A stretch of 32,000 nt of DNA from assembly GCF_000196355.1 (NCBI RefSeq), contig NC_007614.1, forward strand, positions 1,590,001-1,622,000. The letters are read 5' to 3'. Source of the DNA: Nitrosospira multiformis ATCC 25196 (GTDB lineage: Bacteria > Pseudomonadota > Gammaproteobacteria > Burkholderiales > Nitrosomonadaceae). Positions 27,615 through 32,000 of this stretch are shown here, one piece after another. A model generated the notes under the pieces. The model had not been told where the DNA came from. It ran no database searches and was given only the letters and a program-made list of their open reading frames with translations. The position numbers were made by a program, and so were the translations under genes. The first letter of the stretch is position 1. Each line of letters opens with the position of its first letter.

Positions 27615-27755
27615 AATCCCCGCGGTTTACCGATTCAGCAATAGAAAAAATAGAAAATCAGCCGGTGGAATTTTCGTCAAGGAAAACGACTTATACAAAA
27701 ACCCCGGGCAGCAAAAGACCTGCCATCAGGCCGCTGGTTCAATACGCGTAAGAGA

Positions 27756-28148
27756 TCAAGCTAGAGGAGGTCGTTGCGGATGCTGAAGAACCGGAGAGGA
27801 AAAGCGGGAAACGGGCAGGATAGCGTAAGAAAATCCGCCAGAAAGATTGAGTGCAGGGGCCGCAGATGGCAGGCCATTGCCACTTATGTGGCAAACGACT
27901 CCATCGCAGGAAAGGGTCAGATCCGCCTCACCCTCTGCGTTATCAACACCCGGTTGTCTGTGATTGCTGTCGTCATGCAAGGGGCAAGCTGCGGAAGGGA
28001 CTTCATGATCAATTTGATTTTCAGGTTCCGCAGATACAGATATATTTCCGGCTTGAGCGCATAACGGCATGAGGGCTGCCAGAGCGTTTTGCAGGGGCAG
28101 CGACAACATGATCAGAATCGATAAGAATATGCGCGTACGCACCATCAT
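27756..28148 (-). CDS. Secreted Cys/His-rich protein, tentatively DUF2946-like
   Basis: The signal peptide is MMVRTRIFLSILIMLSLPLQNALA. The mature part has LCAQ, ACPLHDD and CDGVVCH, and ends in a Pro-rich ...PQRPPLA, reminiscent of DUF2946 proteins found next to copper uptake/efflux genes. The family call is from memory only. Confidence 0.5.
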   Translation of the reverse strand: MMVRTRIFLSILIMLSLPLQNALAALMPLCAQAGNISVSAEPENQIDHEVPSAACPLHDDSNHRQPGVDNAEGEADLTLSCDGVVCHISGNGLPSAAPALNLSGGFSYAILPVSRFSSPVLQHPQRPPLA

Positions 28149-28332
28149 ATTATCCAGTATGAGGCATCTATCCCTGCCAGAACAAGAGTTACGTGTTATA
28201 AAGGAAATTCATATCCGTCCCGATTCTTCAGCAACTATTGATCTATCATAGTAAAAGGTTGGATAAATTCAAGTTGAACTCCATCCTATCGACATTCGGT
28301 GTCTTCGCATCCTCTGGCGATTCGGATTTTAC

Positions 28333-29157
28333 ATGGAGAAATACCTGACGATGGGCAAAAAGGAAGACAAGAAGGAAAAGGAAGCACAGGCGTCCGAAAT
28401 ATCCAAGGAAGACTACGAGGACACGCTGTACAAACTCCAGGTTGAACTTGTAAAGCTTCAACGGCACCTCATCGAATGCGGTGACAAGATCCTGATTATC
28501 ATGGAAGGGCGGGATGCCTCTGGCAAGGACGGCACGATCAAGCGGATCACCGAGCACCTGAGTCCGCGTGAAACACGGGTGGTCGCGCTCGGCAAACCCT
28601 CGGACCGCGACCGCAACACATGGTATTTCCAGCGTTACGTTCAATACCTTCCGGCAGCGCAGGAGCTCGTGCTGTTTAACCGCAGTTGGTACAACCGGGC
28701 GGGCGTGGAAAAGGTAATGGGTTTTTGTACCGATACGGAGTATGAAGAATTCATGGGCTCGGTAGTGGAGTTCGAGCTCATGCTGATACGCTCCGGCATC
28801 AAACTTCTAAAGTACTACCTCGATATCAGTAAACCCGAGCAGGAAAAAAGGCTGAGCCAGCGCAGAAAGGATCCTCTGGCGCAATGGAAAATCAGCGCGC
28901 TCGATGGGTATGCTCTCGAAAAATGGGATGAATATACATTAGCGCGCGACAAGATGTTGACGCATACACACAATTTGATTACGCCGTGGATCATTGTGCA
29001 TGCGGACAACAAGCAGCTGACCCGGCTGAATGTCATCAAGGACATTCTCAGCCGGTTGGATTACAAAGACAAAGACGAGCACCTGATTTTGCCGGACCCG
29101 CAAATTGTATCGATATTTACCGCCTCCTTCATAGAGGAAGGTCTGCTGGCAGTATAG
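28333..29157 (+). CDS. ppk2: Polyphosphate kinase 2 (single-domain PPK2)
   Basis: Matching blocks are ILIIMEGRDASGKDGTIKRI (Walker A), WYFQRY, VLFNRSWYNRAGVE and the lid region KISALD...W..Y. The length of 274 aa fits. Confidence 0.9.
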   Translation: MEKYLTMGKKEDKKEKEAQASEISKEDYEDTLYKLQVELVKLQRHLIECGDKILIIMEGRDASGKDGTIKRITEHLSPRETRVVALGKPSDRDRNTWYFQRYVQYLPAAQELVLFNRSWYNRAGVEKVMGFCTDTEYEEFMGSVVEFELMLIRSGIKLLKYYLDISKPEQEKRLSQRRKDPLAQWKISALDGYALEKWDEYTLARDKMLTHTHNLITPWIIVHADNKQLTRLNVIKDILSRLDYKDKDEHLILPDPQIVSIFTASFIEEGLLAV

Positions 29158-29411
29158 GCGTACTGTTTCATTGTACGTAACCTTTCTGGAAATACCTTCA
29201 TTTCAAGTCGCCCTGCTCTCCCTGGCGCTCGCCGAGGGAGCGGCGGCGCCTCTCCGTCATGATCCGTTAAAGGGGCTGGCATGCATCTCCTCCCGTCAGA
29301 TGCAATACCAGCGGAATTACTCCCTGCCTTCTCAAGACCTTGAGATGCCACCGCATTCATTTGCGCAGTCTTGCTGCCTCATTCCATAGAAACATGTCCC
29401 GCGCAATAAAC

Positions 29412-29437
29412 AAGTCATAACTTACAAGTTATGACTT
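29412..29437. promoter_or_regulatory. Perfect 12-bp inverted repeat AAGTCATAACTT-AC-AAGTTATGACTT; candidate dimeric regulator site
   Basis: The arms at 29412-29423 and 29426-29437 are exact reverse complements. No T-tract follows, so it is not a terminator. It lies about 115 nt upstream of the putative promoter at 29552. Confidence 0.4.
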
Positions 29438-29551
29438 TCACAAGCTATGTTGGGTTCTGTGATTTTAATGCTCATCCTTATTTTTGTTTCACTTGCTCTA
29501 CCCTTTACTTTACATCTTCCTGAGAGTTTAGACACTTTATACATTATAAAG

Positions 29552-29580
29552 TTGACAAAGTATTTTACGGTTGATACGCT
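29552..29580 (+). promoter_or_regulatory. Candidate sigma-70 promoter for the 29649 lipoprotein gene
   Basis: TTGACA (29552-29557), a 17-nt spacer, then TACGCT (29575-29580). An AT-rich stretch lies upstream, and the element is about 65 nt upstream of the ATG. Confidence 0.3.
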
Positions 29581-29648
29581 GTTCCATAAGCAGAACACTC
29601 GTATCGTCCACTTCCCTGGTTCAACTCAGCTTCAGGTCAGGCGTCTGT

Positions 29649-30089
29649 ATGACAACAAGAAGTTTTCCAACAATTGTATTCATGCTCGCGCTATTGGCTT
29701 CATGCGCCCCCATGAGTCCATATGAGGCGGTCAACAGTCGTGCTCTCCTGAAAACGGTGGAGGAAGCCAGAACATATAAGGATCATTACGCTTTGACAAA
29801 GCAATTTGAGAATCTGGCTGAAGAAATGCGCACCAGAGCAAACGAGCAGCGAAAACTGCTCGACCATTATCAGGAAAAAAGCTATCTATACGGACGACTG
29901 GCGCAGGATCAGCAATCGCATACCTGGGCCTTGATGCAGAGATATGAGCAGGCAGCCAAGGCAAGTCTTGGCAGAGCAGCCTTGCATCGCAAAATAGCGG
30001 CAAGGCTCGAACAAGAGGGTTACGGCACACGCTCACACCAGGCAGCCGGGGATTCCGCTCCGCAACCAAACCATAACCGGAGTAATTGA
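29649..30089 (+). CDS. Helical lipoprotein of unknown function (paralog of 7170..7523)
   Basis: Track ORF 29571..30089 trimmed to ATG 29649. MTTRSFPTIVFMLALLASC carries the lipobox LASC. An ungapped hand alignment with the 7170..7523 product shares KDHY.L, AE.M..RA.EQ, Y.YGR, H..AL..YE.AA and H+..A. Confidence 0.65.
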   Translation: MTTRSFPTIVFMLALLASCAPMSPYEAVNSRALLKTVEEARTYKDHYALTKQFENLAEEMRTRANEQRKLLDHYQEKSYLYGRLAQDQQSHTWALMQRYEQAAKASLGRAALHRKIAARLEQEGYGTRSHQAAGDSAPQPNHNRSN

Positions 30090-30254
30090 GGTGCCGAATT
30101 GAGGTAGCAAGACATCTTTTGGCATTGCCTGTGTATGCAAATAACTCACAGGAAGAAGTAAGGGTCGCCGACGAAATTCCTGTGCTATCCTATCGTCAAA
30201 ATGGCTCTTAATCGATGATATAAAAACAATCCGGCATAAGCCGTGGAGGCATCA

Positions 30255-30503
30255 TTGTTAAAAAGATGGTTCCCGCTGATAATTCTGGTTATCTTTGCAC
30301 TGCTCAGCATCGGGACGCTTAACAGGCTGGCACGCAATATGGCGCAGAAAAGAGATTTCTACAGCGATCCGCTGTGCTGGACGTTTTGGGACAAAACCCA
30401 TCAGGGGGCCGTGGAAGTTCGTCATGAAAGAGCGCCTCAGAAACCTGGGATGTCAGGAAAGAGCGCTTTCATGAAAAACGGAACTCTTATCGCACAAACC
30501 TGA
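30255..30503 (+). CDS. Small single-pass membrane protein, hypothetical
   Basis: The track ORF starts at GTG 30243. I prefer TTG 30255, which has GGAGG 5 nt upstream. The TM helix is WFPLIILVIFALLSIGTL, followed by a basic stretch. No family recognised. Confidence 0.4.
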   Translation: MLKRWFPLIILVIFALLSIGTLNRLARNMAQKRDFYSDPLCWTFWDKTHQGAVEVRHERAPQKPGMSGKSAFMKNGTLIAQT

Positions 30504-30731
30504 ATATTTTCCCACGTCACCCGGAACCAGAGGCAAGAACAGTATTAAATAACACTTTGCAGTAAGCGCGTACCTGAGGAAGCGCTGCTGAAGTGCGTTC
30601 GTCTCGCTACAGCAGGTCATTCAGCCTGTGTTAACTCGCATAAATCGCTCCAGTTATAGCCCCCCTTCCCTTGCAATACCTATAGCCAGGATGCCTTATT
30701 CCTGACACTGGGATATCATAGTGTAAGGTTG

Positions 30732-32000
30732 ATGACACCTTCCATGCTCGATATCAATTCCCTTTTCTCTGCTGGGGGCGCTTTAGCCCGGAGTGTGCCA
30801 GGTTATATAGTGCGTACGCAGCAGAGGGAAATGGCTCAGGCAATTGCTGATACCATTGCCTCCAGCACGATCCTGATTGCAGAGGCCGGAACGGGCACGG
30901 GCAAAACCTTCGCCTATCTGGTGCCCGCCTTGATGACAGGGGGAAAGGTGATTATTTCCACGGGGACAAAGACTCTGCAAGATCAGTTGTTCAACCGTGA
31001 CATTCCAACCGTTCAGAGCGCGCTCAAAATTCCAGTTACCGTGGCCTTGTTGAAGGGACGGGCAAATTACGTTTGTCACTATCATCTCGAGCTTACCTTC
31101 CAGGAAAGCCGACCGGCCCTCGTCAGCCGAGAAGAGGTGAAGTATCTGAACTTGATTGAACGTTATGCCAAGAACAGCAAGAGCGGGGACAAGAGCGGCT
31201 TGAGTGAAGTACCTGAAAATGCCTCAGTCTGGCAGTACGTCACTTCCACCCGCGATAATTGCCTGGGTTCGAACTGTCCGCACTACAAGGATTGTTTTGT
31301 CATCGAAGCACGCAAGCAGGCCCTGTCAGCCGATGTGGTGGTGGTAAACCATCATCTATTCTTTGCCGACGTCATGCTGCGTGATGAAGGACTGTCGGAG
31401 TTGCTCCCCACCTGCAATACAGTGATATTTGACGAGGCTCACCAGTTACCGGAAACAGCCAGCCTCTTCTTTGGGGAATCCGTCAGCACCGGTCAATTGC
31501 TGGAGTTGGCCCGGGACAGCGAGGCTGAAGCACTGGGGAATGCAAAAGATTTTGCTCCCCTCCCCCCTGCTATCGCGGCAATGGAAAAGGCCGCGCGCGA
31601 TTTGCGCTTGACTGTGGAAGGGGAGAACATGCGCATGCCGGTGACTGCAATCAAGGCTAACGCAAAATTTGCCGGCGCGCTGAGCGAATTGCAGGAAAGA
31701 CTGGATAGCCTGATCGATCTGCTCGAAAGCCAAGCTGAGCGCTCGGATGGTCTGGAAAATTGCTGGCAGCGTTCTCGGGAAATCGCCGGCCGTATAAAAC
31801 GCTGGCAAGAACAGGCTGAAGCCGAAGGCTTCGTGCGGTGGGTGGAAGTATTCAGCCAGGCATTGCAACTCAATGCCACCCCGCTTTCCATTGCGGGGAT
31901 ATTCAACAAACAATTGGGCGGCCCTCCACGCGCCTGGATATTTACGTCCGCAACACTTTCAGTCAAGGGCGACTTCTCTCATTATAACGATCAGATGGGG
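30732..32000 (+). CDS. yoaA: ATP-dependent DinG/XPD-family DNA helicase, YoaA type; N-terminal part, running off the right edge
   Basis: Absent from the track because it is open-ended. Hand translation from ATG 30732 or 30744 gives ...MLDINSLFSAGGALARSVPGYIVRTQQREMAQAI...AEAGTGTGKTFAYLVPAL (Walker A)...ALLKGRANYVCHYHLE...VTSTRDNCLGSNCPHYKDCFVIEARKQA (Fe-S Cys cluster)...VVVVNHHLFFADV...IFDEAHQLPE (DEAH)...WIFTSATLSV. It is collinear with E. coli YoaA as I remember it. Confidence 0.85.
   Translation, partial: MTPSMLDINSLFSAGGALARSVPGYIVRTQQREMAQAIADTIASSTILIAEAGTGTGKTFAYLVPALMTGGKVIISTGTKTLQDQLFNRDIPTVQSALKIPVTVALLKGRANYVCHYHLELTFQESRPALVSREEVKYLNLIERYAKNSKSGDKSGLSEVPENASVWQYVTSTRDNCLGSNCPHYKDCFVIEARKQALSADVVVVNHHLFFADVMLRDEGLSELLPTCNTVIFDEAHQLPETASLFFGESVSTGQLLELARDSEAEALGNAKDFAPLPPAIAAMEKAARDLRLTVEGENMRMPVTAIKANAKFAGALSELQERLDSLIDLLESQAERSDGLENCWQRSREIAGRIKRWQEQAEAEGFVRWVEVFSQALQLNATPLSIAGIFNKQLGGPPRAWIFTSATLSVKGDFSHYNDQMG

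Noticed and set aside
27314-28180. A 13-nt exact match, CTATCCCTGCCAG, in inverted orientation at 27314-27326 and 28168-28180. It flanks the 92-aa ORF and the Cys/His-rich protein gene, which could suggest terminal inverted repeats of a small inserted cassette.
   Set aside because: The match does not extend beyond 13 nt, and no target-site duplication or transposase is present. By rough arithmetic (about 1e9 position pairs against 4^13, or 6.7e7), several such 13-mer coincidences are expected by chance in a 32-kb window.
29061-29389. ORFs 29061..29360 (-) and 29171..29389 (+) in the GC-richer DNA after ppk2.
   Set aside because: One overlaps the ppk2 3' end antisense and the other starts at TTG without an RBS. 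Both are low-complexity with no motifs. The region is better treated as non-coding until transcript or peptide data exist.
1-32000. Search for tRNA/rRNA genes, CRISPR arrays, IS elements, integrases and phage genes.
   Set aside because: I saw no cloverleaf-like segments, no spaced direct-repeat arrays, and no transposase, integrase or phage-like ORFs on either strand. The window appears to be ordinary chromosome, not a mobile island.

Overview
The window looks chromosomal, at roughly 50-55% GC by eye, and the proteins look proteobacterial. A Nitrosomonadaceae-like beta-proteobacterium is my guess, not a demonstrated result. I support about 25 protein genes. I saw no rRNA, tRNA, CRISPR array, transposase or integrase. 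Gene order, left to right: (1) A minus-strand run of an HxlR regulator, maltose O-acetyltransferase, DUF3293 and hexose-6-P mutarotase; the mutarotase is cut by the left edge. (2) A divergent gene for a membrane-tethered periplasmic protein whose mature N-terminus is predicted to be His. (3) A 644-nt ORF-poor gap with a strong intrinsic terminator, which is an sRNA candidate. (4) A small PEGA-like ORF overlapping the start of a patatin-like lipoprotein phospholipase, followed by a YahK-type Zn alcohol dehydrogenase. (5) A lipoprotein plus an 11-Cys GDCCVxC-motif miniprotein. (6) A trehalose/alpha-glucan block: glgX is convergent with a 10.8-kb minus-strand array of a SmbP-like lipoprotein, treS-maltokinase, treZ and a single 1730-aa MalQ-TreY fusion ORF. 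(7) cusCBA, where CusB carries a C-terminal CusF-like domain, preceded by a secreted Cys/His-rich protein. (8) ppk2, a second copy of the lipoprotein family, a small membrane protein, and the 5' part of yoaA/dinG. The most interesting items are the unannotated periplasmic/metal-flavoured small proteins, the PEGA-like/patatin pair, the MalQ-TreY fusion with a relic internal start, the unusual treS-treZ-treY operon make-up and the sRNA candidate. I see no clear novel multi-gene system such as a defence island. All functional calls rest on remembered family motifs and hand translation, not on database searches.
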